A stretch of 64,000 nucleotides of DNA from the NCBI GenBank assembly GCA_965248535.1, contig CBDFJR010000002.1:1-64000 (forward strand), written 5' to 3'. This document shows positions 33,711-43,733 of the stretch, piece by piece. Both the position numbers and the translations under genes were made by a program. The DNA is from Phormidesmis sp. (GTDB taxonomy: Bacteria > Cyanobacteriota > Cyanobacteriia > Leptolyngbyales > Leptolyngbyaceae). How positions within the stretch are numbered: position 1 is the stretch's first letter; every line of letters begins with the position of its first letter. The notes under the pieces are model-generated. The model searched no databases, was not told where the DNA came from, and saw nothing but the letters and a program-made list of their open reading frames with translations.

Positions 33711-34898
33711 GTGAAGTCGTTCATGGATGATTTAACTGATGGATCAACAGATGCTAACTTCTACCGGATCGCTTTGTTTACTTACTCTACAAAGCCCAGA
33801 GGAAGCGTTATTCACACGTTGGAGTTAGCAGAAGCATTGTATGGTTTAGGTCATCATGTTTGCGTTTATGCTTTAGACAAAGACGGACACGGATTTGACT
33901 ATCCGCTGTCTTGCGATTATGTTGCTGTTCCTGCTCACTCTGCGTCTAATGAAGTTAACAAGCTTATTCAGCAGCGAATTCAAGAATTTGTAGATTATCT
34001 GAGTCAGACTTCATTAGATTACGATATCTATCATGCTCAAGACTGCATTGCTGCTAACGCTTTAGTCAGACTTGTTCAGCGACAGCAGATTTCTTCGTTT
34101 GTGCGAACTGTTCATCACATTGAAGATTACACGAGCTATTATCTTCAGCACTGTCAAGATCGATCGATTCGTGATGCAAATCTCTGTCTATGCGTGAGTG
34201 AGAAGTGGCAAGCTGAACTTCAGCAGCGTTATCAGATTCATGCGCCGCGAGTGATGAATGGCGTTAATTTAAAGCGATTTTCGCCTGATCCCAATGGTTC
34301 AGAATCACGGCTCAAAGAGCGATCGGGCTTAACAGGCTTCCCCATCTATCTCACAGTAGGCGGCATTGAGCCGCGAAAGAACTCAATTCGGTTGCTGCAA
34401 GCTTTTGGGCAGATTCTAGACGATTATCCCAAGGCTCAGTTAGTGATTGCAGGAGGGGCAACGCTGTTTGACTATCAGACTTATCGGGATGAGTTTTTTG
34501 AGATCGCTGCTCAGTTAACCATCGAAGTCGGGCGATCGCTGATCTTGCCGGGCGTGATTTCTGACGCAGATTTGCCCGTTTTATACAGAACTGCGGACGT
34601 GTTTGTGTTTCCATCAACCAAAGAAGGGTGGGGGCTGGTGGTGCTCGAAGCGATCGCGTCGGGTCTGCCAGTCATCACCTCCAATCAACGGCCGTTTACT
34701 GAGTTTTTATCTGACGCTCAAGCGCTGTTGGTGTCTCCCTTGCCGGATGCGATCGCGCAAGCCATGCGTTTAATTCTTCAGCCCGATCGGGCCCGATCGC
34801 TAGTGCAGCAGAGTCAGTCTATTTTGTCTCGCTACACTTGGGAAGTCTCTGCTAAACTACACCTAAAACACTATAGGAACCTGATATCCAACCCTTAA
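33711..34898 (+). CDS. MSMEG_0565-family GT4 glycosyltransferase
   Basis: TYSTKPRGSVIHTLELAEAL, HAQDCI, RTVHH, VGGIEPRKNS and EGWGLVVLEA motifs. Confidence 0.85.
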   Translation: MKSFMDDLTDGSTDANFYRIALFTYSTKPRGSVIHTLELAEALYGLGHHVCVYALDKDGHGFDYPLSCDYVAVPAHSASNEVNKLIQQRIQEFVDYLSQTSLDYDIYHAQDCIAANALVRLVQRQQISSFVRTVHHIEDYTSYYLQHCQDRSIRDANLCLCVSEKWQAELQQRYQIHAPRVMNGVNLKRFSPDPNGSESRLKERSGLTGFPIYLTVGGIEPRKNSIRLLQAFGQILDDYPKAQLVIAGGATLFDYQTYRDEFFEIAAQLTIEVGRSLILPGVISDADLPVLYRTADVFVFPSTKEGWGLVVLEAIASGLPVITSNQRPFTEFLSDAQALLVSPLPDAIAQAMRLILQPDRARSLVQQSQSILSRYTWEVSAKLHLKHYRNLISNP

Positions 34899-34903
34899 TC
34901 CTT

Positions 34904-35191
34904 ATGCCTGAAATTCGGTTTCAAATTCAATGGTCTGACGGGTCTCAAGACGTTTGTTATTCGCCATCTCTGGTGATTAAAGATTATTTTATTCCCAATC
35001 ATGATTATGATCTCGATGATTTTGTCCAGCGATCGCGAGAATCTCTGCAAATCGCTAGCGATCGGGTTCAAGCAAAATATGGTAGACCCTGTGGTTTAGC
35101 ATTGGGACAACTGCAAGACATTGAGGCGAAATCTGCTCAATATCGTCATCTGCCTGATTCTAAAGTGCGCGTGATTCAGTTCATTGAGTGA
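34904..35191 (+). CDS. MSMEG_0570-family small protein
   Basis: MPEIRFQIQWSDGS..CYSPSLVI and ASDRVQAKYG..C family signature. Confidence 0.85.
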   Translation: MPEIRFQIQWSDGSQDVCYSPSLVIKDYFIPNHDYDLDDFVQRSRESLQIASDRVQAKYGRPCGLALGQLQDIEAKSAQYRHLPDSKVRVIQFIE

Positions 35192-36395
35192 GGAGTTTCC
35201 AGCATTCTTGCGCGATCGCCCAATCTTCTTGTGTGTGAATTACCAATATCCGAACCGTTGATTCTCGCATCGCAATGTCTTGATCATTCGGATTACTAGT
35301 ATTTTTTGAGTCATCTAACTTCAAGCCCAAAAATTCAAAGGCCTCACAGGCAGCAGCCCGAACTTCTGGACTATTTTCACCCACGCCAGCCGTGAAAACC
35401 AGCGCATCTAGCCGATTTAAGCTGGGCAACATTGCTCCAATTTGAGCACGCAGCCGATGGATATAAACATCAAAAGCTAGCTGGGCGCGGGAATTATTTT
35501 GCGCGATCGCGGCCCTAATTTGTCGCATATCGGCAGACACGCCAGAGACTCCTTTTAAGCCAGATTCCTGGTTGAGCATCCGATCGAGCGAGTCGGCGCT
35601 AAAATCTTCTTGCCGCAATAAATAAATGAGAATTCCGGGATCGACAGACCCCGATCGGGCACCCATCATCAAGCCTTCGAGCGGCGTGAAGCCCATCGTT
35701 GTATCAACGCTGTGACCCGATCGAATGGCAGCCAACGAGCAGCCATTGCCCAGATGACAGGTGATTAGCTGCAAATCCGATGGGTCACGGTGCAGCAGTT
35801 GAGCCGCCCGATCGCTGCAATAACGATGACTAATGCCGTGAAACCCATAGCGCTGAATGCCTTGCTCAAACCACTCATAGGGAAGCGGATAAACCCGCGT
35901 CTCTAAGGGCAAGTCAGAATGAAAAGCAGTGTCAAAAACGGCAACTTGCGGCACCGATCCAAAAACCTGCTCGATCGCGTTAATGCCCTCTAAATTCGCC
36001 GGGTTGTGAACGGGAGCAAAAATAGCGAGACGAGCGATCGCCGCCTTCACTTCTGCGGTCACTCGGACACTTTCTCGATAATCCTGTCCGCCATGCACGA
36101 CGCGATGCCCCACACCGTCAATGTCTGACGGCTGCTGAATCACGGCAGTCTCACCACTCCACAGTTTATCGAGCATTTGAGCAATCACGTCAGGTCGATC
36201 CTGTCCAGGAATCTCTGCTGTGAGAACGGCTCCCTGCTGAGTTTTAACTTCAATTTCTGCAAAACCCTGGTGATGAGTCCAATCGACTTTGGCCTCCCAA
36301 ATCGGCGACGGGGGCTGATCGGGCAACTCGTCACCCACCTCATAGAGACAGCTTTTTTGGCTACTTGAGCCAGCATTTAGCACTAAAATCTTCAT
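35181..36395 (-). CDS. ackA: Acetate kinase
   Basis: VLNAGSSS, GHRVVHGG, FDTAFH, YGFHGISH, HLGNG and FTAGVGEN motifs. Confidence 0.97.
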   Translation of the reverse strand: MKILVLNAGSSSQKSCLYEVGDELPDQPPSPIWEAKVDWTHHQGFAEIEVKTQQGAVLTAEIPGQDRPDVIAQMLDKLWSGETAVIQQPSDIDGVGHRVVHGGQDYRESVRVTAEVKAAIARLAIFAPVHNPANLEGINAIEQVFGSVPQVAVFDTAFHSDLPLETRVYPLPYEWFEQGIQRYGFHGISHRYCSDRAAQLLHRDPSDLQLITCHLGNGCSLAAIRSGHSVDTTMGFTPLEGLMMGARSGSVDPGILIYLLRQEDFSADSLDRMLNQESGLKGVSGVSADMRQIRAAIAQNNSRAQLAFDVYIHRLRAQIGAMLPSLNRLDALVFTAGVGENSPEVRAAACEAFEFLGLKLDDSKNTSNPNDQDIAMRESTVRILVIHTQEDWAIAQECWKLLTQ

Positions 36396-37030
36396 GTTCC
36401 CTGCAAGGCTTGCAGCGTTTCGCTCAGATGATTGCGATCGCCCAATCGCTCTAATAATGGGCCATGACGATCGAATTTCACCACACTCACCGACGCAACC
36501 GGGGCCGCGATGCGAGTGCGAAACCGTCCTAGGTCAACGCCGAGCAAGCTACACAAAATAATCCGAATCGTGGCTTTGTGCGACACAACTAAAACGTTTC
36601 CCTCGCTGTAGCGCTGCTGAATTTCAGTAATCACTGAGGATGATCGATTAGCAATCTCAACGGCTGTTTCTCCGCCCGTCGGAGCATTCCACGCGGGTTC
36701 TGCTAACCATTTCACATAGTCTTCTGTATAGGTTGCCTGAACTGTTTCAACCGTTTCGCCTTCCCATTTACCATATTTAATTTCTTTTAATCCATCCCGC
36801 AACTGCATTTCCATTCCCACTGCGTCGCACAAGGGCTTTGCAGTGGCGATCGTGCGTTTCATCGGGCTGACAAAAATGGCCGTCCAAGGAGTAGCTTGAT
36901 AGGCGATGGCAAACGCATCTGCCATCTGTCTGCCTTCATCGGTCAGATCGGGATCGAGAGCACCACAGTAGCTATTTTCACGGCTAAACGGGGTCTGTCC
37001 GTGACGCAGAAAGTAAAGTCTTAGGCTCAT
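36392..37030 (-). CDS. Histidine phosphatase (phosphoglycerate mutase family)
   Basis: LRHGQT, SPMKR, GGET and VVSH motifs; 4-nt overlap with ackA. Confidence 0.9.
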   Translation of the reverse strand: MSLRLYFLRHGQTPFSRENSYCGALDPDLTDEGRQMADAFAIAYQATPWTAIFVSPMKRTIATAKPLCDAVGMEMQLRDGLKEIKYGKWEGETVETVQATYTEDYVKWLAEPAWNAPTGGETAVEIANRSSSVITEIQQRYSEGNVLVVSHKATIRIILCSLLGVDLGRFRTRIAAPVASVSVVKFDRHGPLLERLGDRNHLSETLQALQGT

Positions 37031-37088
37031 CGATGGTGATTAGTGAGTGAAGTGGGTGGTCAAAGCTACTATAACGTTGCTGAATCCG

Positions 37089-37166
37089 GTTGCCCCCACC
37101 CCTCACCTGTGGGAGAGGAGAGCTAGAAACCTTGTGCCTTCCCCTGCGAGAAAGGGCGAGGGCAAC
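37089..37166. repeat. Degenerate cyanobacterial small palindromic dispersed repeat
   Basis: GTTGCCC...GGGCAAC ends enclose CCTC..GGGAGAGG and CCCT..AAGGG internal hairpins. Confidence 0.45.
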
Positions 37167-37177
37167 TCAGCCTTGGG

Positions 37178-39676
37178 CTATGAATGAGCCGAGGCGGTCG
37201 AGTCATCCATTTCGCCTGCCGCGACCGCATCCTTTTCAGAGATCCGTTCTACGGTTGTTTTCGACACTGATTTCTCAGCATGAGAACCACTGTAATATTG
37301 CCATTTCCAATTAACGACTTCTGGCATATCTTCACCGTGCTGGATGATGTAATGCTGATGATCGATCAGTTTATCTCGAATCATTTGTTTTACATAAGCG
37401 GCACGATGTTGTAGTTTAGGGACGCGATCGATGACATCTTGCGCTAAATGAAAGCGATCGAGGTCGTTTAAAACCACCATATCAAAGGGGGTGGTCGTAG
37501 TGCCCTCTTCTTTATAGCCCCGCACATGCAGATTATCGTGATTGGTGCGGCGATAGGTCAAGCGGTGAATCAGATAAGGATAGGCGTGGAACGCGAACAA
37601 GATCGGCTTATCAGTAGTGAAGATCGAGTCAAACTCACGATCGGAAATGCCGTGAGGATGCTCAGTCGGAGGTTGCAGCGTCATTAAATCTACAACGTTG
37701 ACGACACGAATCTTTAGATCGGGGAAGTGCAGCCGCAGAAAATCGACGGCGGCCAGCGTTTCTAAAGTCGGGACATCGCCCGCACAGGCCATGACGACAT
37801 CGGGTTCGCAGTCTTGATCATTGCTCGCCCATGCCCAAATTCCCAGACCCGCAGTGCAGTGCTTGATGGCCGCATCCATGTCGAGCCATTGCAGTTCAGA
37901 TTGTTTTCCAGCCACAATCACGTTCACATAATGACGACTGCGTAAACAGTGATCAGCAACCGAAAGCAGTGTGTTGGCATCGGGGGGCAGATAAATCCGC
38001 ACGATCGTGGCTTTTTTATTCACCACCACATCTAAAAAGCCTGGATCTTGGTGAGTAAACCCGTTGTGATCCTGTCGCCAAACGTGGGAGGTCAGCAAAT
38101 AATTGAGCGACGCGATCGGCTTGCGCCAGGGAATGTGGCGACAGGCTTCGAGCCATTTGGCGTGTTGATTAAACATCGAGTCAACGATGTGAATAAACGC
38201 CTCATAGCATGAGAAAAAGCCGTGGCGACCCGTGAGCAGATAGCCTTCGAGCCAGCCTTGACAGAGATGCTCACTCAACACCTCCATGACGCGACCATCG
38301 CGAGACAGATGATCATCACCGGGCAAAAGCTCGGCAGCCCACACCCGATCGGTGGCTTCTAAGATCGAAGTCAGTCGATTCGAGTTATTCTCATCAGGAC
38401 TCATCACCCGAAAGTTGCGCTGCTCGGCGTTTGAGGTCATCACGTCGCGCAAAAACATCCCCAAGACGCGAGTCGATTCCGCTTCGACCGTGCCGGGATC
38501 TTTGACATCGATCGCATACTCTTTAAAGTCGGGCAATCTCAGATCTTTGAGCAACAGCCCCCCGTTAGCGTGAGGGTTTGCCCCCATGCGGCGATCGCCC
38601 ACCGGAGCCAAATCTGCTAACTCAGGCATCAGCTTGCCTGTGGAGTCAAACAGTTCTTCTGGCTTATAGCTTTTCATCCACGATTCCAGCATTTGCAGGT
38701 GTTCGGGCTTGCTGGCTAGCTCTGATAGCGGCACTTGGTGCGCTCGAAAGGTGTTCTCGATTTGAATGCCGTCTACAACTTTTGGGCCAGTCCAGCCTTT
38801 TGGAGTCCGCATCACGATCATGGGATATTGAGGACGATCGGTGAATCCGTGGGTTCGGATCTCTCGCTGAATGCCCTGAATCTCGGTAACGATCGTCTCC
38901 AGCGTGGCCGCCATCAGTTGGTGCATCGTGGCGGGATCATCGCCTTCGACAAAATAGGGCTTGTAGCCATAGCCTGTGAATAGGTGCTCTAACTCACGAT
39001 CGCTCAGTCGCGCCAAGATAGTGGGGTTGGCAATCTTATAGCCATTCAGATGCAAAATCGGCAACACTGCGCCATCTCGTGCCGGGTTGAGAAATTTATT
39101 AGAGTGCCAACTCGCCGCCAGTGGCCCCGTCTCAGCCTCACCATCGCCCACCACACAGCAGACCAGCAAATCAGGATTGTCAAACACCGCTCCATAAGCG
39201 TGAACCAAGGCATAGCCCAACTCACCCCCCTCGTGAATCGAACCCGGTGTCTCAGGGGCCGCATGACTGGGAATGCCGCCAGGGTAGGAAAACTGCAAGA
39301 ACAGTTTTTGCATCCCTTCTTCGTCTGGCGTGATATTGGAATAAAACTCGCTGTAGGTGCCTTCTAAATAGGTGTTAGCCACCATGCCCGGCCCGCCATG
39401 CCCCGGCCCAGCGACATAAATCGCGTTGAGGTCATAGCGTTTGATCAACCGATTCATGTGAACATAGATGAAATTTAGACCGGGCGTAGTGCCCCAATGA
39501 CCGAGCAATCGTGGCTTGACATGCTCTAGTTTGAGCGGTTCTTTAAGAAGAGGATTATCGCGTAAATAGATTTGCCCAACCGACAGATAATTCGCCGCCC
39601 GCCAGTAAGCATCTATCTTTTGGAGGTCTTCAGAAGACAGAGGCAGTTTGGTTGAAATCGAGTTTGCAACGGTCAT
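37178..39676 (-). CDS. xfp: Phosphoketolase (xylulose-5-P/fructose-6-P)
   Basis: [36 protein letters not shown] and [14 protein letters not shown] motifs; ATG 39676 likely. Confidence 0.96.
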   Translation of the reverse strand: MTVANSISTKLPLSSEDLQKIDAYWRAANYLSVGQIYLRDNPLLKEPLKLEHVKPRLLGHWGTTPGLNFIYVHMNRLIKRYDLNAIYVAGPGHGGPGMVANTYLEGTYSEFYSNITPDEEGMQKLFLQFSYPGGIPSHAAPETPGSIHEGGELGYALVHAYGAVFDNPDLLVCCVVGDGEAETGPLAASWHSNKFLNPARDGAVLPILHLNGYKIANPTILARLSDRELEHLFTGYGYKPYFVEGDDPATMHQLMAATLETIVTEIQGIQREIRTHGFTDRPQYPMIVMRTPKGWTGPKVVDGIQIENTFRAHQVPLSELASKPEHLQMLESWMKSYKPEELFDSTGKLMPELADLAPVGDRRMGANPHANGGLLLKDLRLPDFKEYAIDVKDPGTVEAESTRVLGMFLRDVMTSNAEQRNFRVMSPDENNSNRLTSILEATDRVWAAELLPGDDHLSRDGRVMEVLSEHLCQGWLEGYLLTGRHGFFSCYEAFIHIVDSMFNQHAKWLEACRHIPWRKPIASLNYLLTSHVWRQDHNGFTHQDPGFLDVVVNKKATIVRIYLPPDANTLLSVADHCLRSRHYVNVIVAGKQSELQWLDMDAAIKHCTAGLGIWAWASNDQDCEPDVVMACAGDVPTLETLAAVDFLRLHFPDLKIRVVNVVDLMTLQPPTEHPHGISDREFDSIFTTDKPILFAFHAYPYLIHRLTYRRTNHDNLHVRGYKEEGTTTTPFDMVVLNDLDRFHLAQDVIDRVPKLQHRAAYVKQMIRDKLIDHQHYIIQHGEDMPEVVNWKWQYYSGSHAEKSVSKTTVERISEKDAVAAGEMDDSTASAHS

Positions 39677-39765
39677 AGTGAATATCGCCGATGACGTTTC
39701 GGCCCAAGTTTGACCGATTAGGGCAAACTCTGAATCTGTCAAGAGTCGTAGGAATCACCTTTGAC

Positions 39766-40686
39766 CTAACGCCCTAGCCATTCAGTCACCAGTTCGGGCT
39801 GGTTTTTAACAGCAAAGACTCGGACAGCGTGATAATTCACCTTTTCTCTGAGTCGATAAACTTGCTTGATTGGCATATCGAGATCTTGGGCGATCGCTTC
39901 TTGCGATCGCCCCTGCAAATAGAGTTTTAGCCACTCAGCCGCTAGGGGATCAACGCGCTCGGCTAAATAAGAGGCAAACTCTTGAGCAATGTTTTGCCGC
40001 AGTTCTTGCTGTTGTTCTTGAGCTTGGGCTTCTTGATAGTGAGCGATCGCTTGCCCATCAAGCAAGCTGACTGACCCTTCAGAGTCATCGGGCGCGATCT
40101 CTTCAGACACTAGGCGAATGAAATCGGCCGCCGGAACCTGAGTCATGCCCCCGCGCTGAGAGCGGCGCAGATAGTTGACAAAGCGGTAGACCAACAGGGG
40201 CTGATTGCGAATCGGGCGGAGGCAATATTCTTCAGTGGTGGTTAAAACAAGCGCGTTGCGAAGTCGGGGATCGCTGGTGCATTGGGCAATCCAGGCGATT
40301 TGCTGCTGCATGTAGTGATCATTTTGCAGCAATTCTTGAATCACTTCTTGCAGCACATCGACCACCGATCGCTGACGATCGCGAGAGAGGGCAATCCAAG
40401 TGCGAATTTTATTGCGAATCAAAAACAGGCTGCTCAATCGCTGAATCAGCCCTTTATAGGCGCGTTCGGGCCCTGCGTCTAGATAGCGCTGGCAAAGAAT
40501 GCGATAGCGATAATCCATCGCTTGTTTAGCGATCGCTAGCTGGGAGGGAGGCAAGTCGTCAAACCGAGATGGGTCTTCTCCGACCAGCCATTGAATAATG
40601 GTTTCGTGAGTTGATCGGCTGCTCTGGGGCAGATCACTCTGTAACTGTAACCGCCATCTGTCAGCAATTTCTTCTGCAAGTGTCAT
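39766..40686 (-). CDS. HetZ-related protein (sigma-like C-terminal HTH)
   Basis: IIQWLVGED, AMDYRYRILCQRYL, DVLQEVIQE and C-terminal WLKLYLQGRSQEAIA...VYRLREK; recognised from memory of cyanobacterial HetZ-related families. Confidence 0.75.
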   Translation of the reverse strand: MTLAEEIADRWRLQLQSDLPQSSRSTHETIIQWLVGEDPSRFDDLPPSQLAIAKQAMDYRYRILCQRYLDAGPERAYKGLIQRLSSLFLIRNKIRTWIALSRDRQRSVVDVLQEVIQELLQNDHYMQQQIAWIAQCTSDPRLRNALVLTTTEEYCLRPIRNQPLLVYRFVNYLRRSQRGGMTQVPAADFIRLVSEEIAPDDSEGSVSLLDGQAIAHYQEAQAQEQQQELRQNIAQEFASYLAERVDPLAAEWLKLYLQGRSQEAIAQDLDMPIKQVYRLREKVNYHAVRVFAVKNQPELVTEWLGR

Positions 40687-40851
40687 GGAGTTGCCGTCCT
40701 CAATGCCCTGTTATAGAGTGTCCCTCACAACCCCGATCAAAATCACTTACCCGTTCGGGTAATACTCAAACGCTGTCTTGACTCATTTTCTGTTCAGGAC
40801 TATCAGGTTTGACTCTAAAGTATAAAACCTTGTCTGCAAATTGTTATCAAC

Positions 40852-41145
40852 TCAATAGAATTCATCCAGTTTTGACCCCGGAGATTCATCACTCTTTTGC
40901 AAAGACGCACTCATCTGCTGCAACGTTTGGGTCAACTCAGACAGCCGAGTCACGGTGTCAGCTTGATGAGCGGTCAGCCTTTGCATGGCATCGCTCAAGG
41001 CAAAAATTTCATAGCCCTGCTGCTGAACTTGAGACGACAACTCATCTAAGCGATCGGCGAGTTGCTCGATCGCGTCAGTCGCCGCCAGCACGGTTTCTGC
41101 AATCTGCCCGACGGCAGCCTCTAACCGATCGTGAGATGCAGTCAC
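40852..41145 (-). CDS. Small coiled-coil hypothetical protein
   Basis: 97 aa with heptad pattern; co-oriented upstream of the HetZ-related gene. Confidence 0.6.
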   Translation of the reverse strand: MTASHDRLEAAVGQIAETVLAATDAIEQLADRLDELSSQVQQQGYEIFALSDAMQRLTAHQADTVTRLSELTQTLQQMSASLQKSDESPGSKLDEFY

Positions 41146-41425
41146 ACACCCAATCCTTTTTTCAAAATTCTTTCAAATACAGAAATTCTTTCAAATAACA
41201 ACTAATGGGCCGACGCAGCTTAATGAGAGGCTCTTTATCGGATCTTCACAAAAAGTTTAATTGATTAGAGCAATAAAAAGATTTGAGAAAGTGGCTTGCT
41301 TGGCGCTGTTGCTCACCGGGGCGTTGACTATATTCTGAAACACATCTGAAGCAGCAGGCATTTTCAGTGTTTTCACGATTCCCCTAGCTGAAATCAGCCT
41401 GACGACCTTTGCTGAAGTTTAACTA

Positions 41426-42079
41426 ATGGTTGCCGATTTTATGATTACGGCTTCTACTGAGCTTACCGTCCCTCACCGATCGACTGACTCGATCGTCAAA
41501 CGGGCGATCGATATCGTGGGTAGCCTGATTGGGCTAGGAATCGTCGGTTTGATCTTTTTGCCTGTGGCGATCGCCATTCGGCTCGATAGTCCTGGGGACA
41601 TTTTATATAGCCAACAGCGATATGGGCTGATGGGCAAGCCGTTTCGCATTTATAAGTTTCGCTCAATGGTCAAAAACGCCGAGGCCCTCAAGTCTCAGGT
41701 TGAAAACGAGGCCCAAGGGCTGATCTTCAAAAATCAGCAAGATCCTCGCATCACCAAGATTGGGCGGTTTCTCCGGCGCACTAGCTTGGATGAGCTACCG
41801 CAATTTTGGAACGTTTTGACAGGAGAGATGAGCCTAGTAGGGACGCGCCCACCCACAGCCGACGAGGTGACACACTACAGCACCCATCACTGGCGGCGGT
41901 TAACCGTTAAACCAGGGTTGACGGGCGAGTGGCAAGTCAACGGTCGATCAACGGTCACAGACTTTGAGGAGGTCGTCAAGCTTGATCTGCGCTATCAAGC
42001 TCTCTGGACACCCCTCTATGACATCGTGTTGATTTTCAAAACTCTCTACGTCATTTTTGCCAAGGTGGGCGCGTTTTAG
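41426..42079 (+). CDS. Bacterial sugar transferase (priming polyprenyl glycosylphosphotransferase domain)
   Basis: [38 protein letters not shown] and KPGLTG motifs. Confidence 0.95.
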   Translation: MVADFMITASTELTVPHRSTDSIVKRAIDIVGSLIGLGIVGLIFLPVAIAIRLDSPGDILYSQQRYGLMGKPFRIYKFRSMVKNAEALKSQVENEAQGLIFKNQQDPRITKIGRFLRRTSLDELPQFWNVLTGEMSLVGTRPPTADEVTHYSTHHWRRLTVKPGLTGEWQVNGRSTVTDFEEVVKLDLRYQALWTPLYDIVLIFKTLYVIFAKVGAF

Positions 42080-42086
42080 TCAGCGA

Positions 42087-43088
42087 TTATGCCCCGTGAC
42101 GCGTTTGGTGCCAGCGCCAAGCATGAGCCAAAATCTGGCTAATGTCGGGATATTCAGGCTTCCAGCCCAAAACTGTTTTGGCTTTTTCACCACTGCCCAC
42201 CAGCGCAGGCGGGTCACCGGGGCGGCGATCGTGCTCAACGGCCGCGATCGGTTGTCCTGTGATCTGACGCGCACTCTCAATGACTTCTTTAACCGAGAAA
42301 CCACTGCCGTTGCCCAGATTAAACGTTTCTGACTGTCCGCCTTTTAATAGATATTCCAGCCCCAACACATGGGCCTGAGCTAGGTCAGTGACGTGAATAT
42401 AGTCGCGGATACACGTTCCATCAGGGGTGGGGTAATCGGTGCCCAAGATTGAAATCGACTCTTGCTTGCCCAAAGCGGTCATCAACACCAGCGGGATCAA
42501 GTGGGTTTCGGGGGCGTGGTCTTCGCCTAGTCGCCCCTCAGGGTCTGCGCCAGCCGCATTGAAATAGCGAAAACACACCGATTTAAGCTGATAGGCCTGG
42601 TCAAAGTCAGCCAAGATCCGCTCGACCATGAGCTTGGTTGCCCCATAGGGATTAATCGGATTTTGGGGGTGATCTTCTGGGATCGGCACCGTTTTGGGAA
42701 CGCCGTAGGTTGCACAGGTCGAAGAAAAGACAAATTTGTCAATCGCGGCTGCTGTCATCGCTTCTAGCAGCGTCAGGGTGCCCACAACATTGTTGCGGTA
42801 ATATTTATCGGGCTTGGTGACCGACTCGCCCACATAGGCGTAGGCTGCAAAGTGCATCACGGCCGCAAATTTGCGCGAGGCAAACAGGCGATCGAGCAAG
42901 GCCCGATCGTTGGTGTCGCCCACGACCAATTCAGCCTTGAGCACCTGATCCACAAGATCTTGATGCCCATAGACTAGGTTGTCAAGAATGACGACGTGAT
43001 AGCCAGCGCTTTGAAGGGCTAACACTGCATGGGAGCCAATATATCCGGCTCCTCCGGTGACTAAAATAGCTGGTTTATCTGATTGCAC
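42087..43088 (-). CDS. galE: UDP-glucose 4-epimerase
   Basis: TGGAGYIGSH, HFAA, YGATK, RYFNAAGA and DGTCIRDYIHV motifs. Confidence 0.96.
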   Translation of the reverse strand: MQSDKPAILVTGGAGYIGSHAVLALQSAGYHVVILDNLVYGHQDLVDQVLKAELVVGDTNDRALLDRLFASRKFAAVMHFAAYAYVGESVTKPDKYYRNNVVGTLTLLEAMTAAAIDKFVFSSTCATYGVPKTVPIPEDHPQNPINPYGATKLMVERILADFDQAYQLKSVCFRYFNAAGADPEGRLGEDHAPETHLIPLVLMTALGKQESISILGTDYPTPDGTCIRDYIHVTDLAQAHVLGLEYLLKGGQSETFNLGNGSGFSVKEVIESARQITGQPIAAVEHDRRPGDPPALVGSGEKAKTVLGWKPEYPDISQILAHAWRWHQTRHGA

Positions 43089-43733
43089 GCTAGATCCTCA
43101 CGAAATTGCAGGTCTGTTCAAGGGTTAGGAGTTCGTTCTAAATCCTAAAACCTTATTCGGTGAAAGCATTTGATTTTCAGGAGAGGCTCATCAAACGCTC
43201 ACAGAGAGTCTGAGCCAGAGAACGAGTCAAAATTTCGCTAGATCTCCAGCGATTAGGCTGATTGATCCCGATCGTCATCGCCATCACTTCTTTTTCTTGC
43301 GGCCAAAAAGCTCTTGCATTAAGAGAAAAAAGATTACAACAAACACAATTCCTGCCAAAATTAATTCCACGATCGTTCCTCACTATCACAACACCCTGTT
43401 TCATGACTCAAATTAGCAGCGCTCACATTTAAGCTCATGGTTGGGAGTAACAACCCTGCATTTTGCACGATTTTTATCTTTTTTGAGCCAGTTTAGCGGC
43501 GAGAACTTGACTAAAGGGTTGACCTCCTAACCTTTAGTTTGAAAAAAAATTGTAGCGATCGGACTTATTTTGGATGACAAATTAGGAATTTTCGGTACAA
43601 TCCTAGACGGAATGGGGTTTTGAGGCATCAATGCCTTCCTGAACGAGTCACTGAGCAATTAGCTTCATGAAACTTTAAGAATTGAGTCTAACTACTAAAT
43701 AAGGTTCGCTACAGAACTTGAAGGAATTACAGC

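Noticed and set aside
40750..40759. HetR site upstream of the HetZ-related gene
   Set aside because: The motif is CCC-N4-GGG, the wrong orientation and spacing for GGG-N5-CCC.
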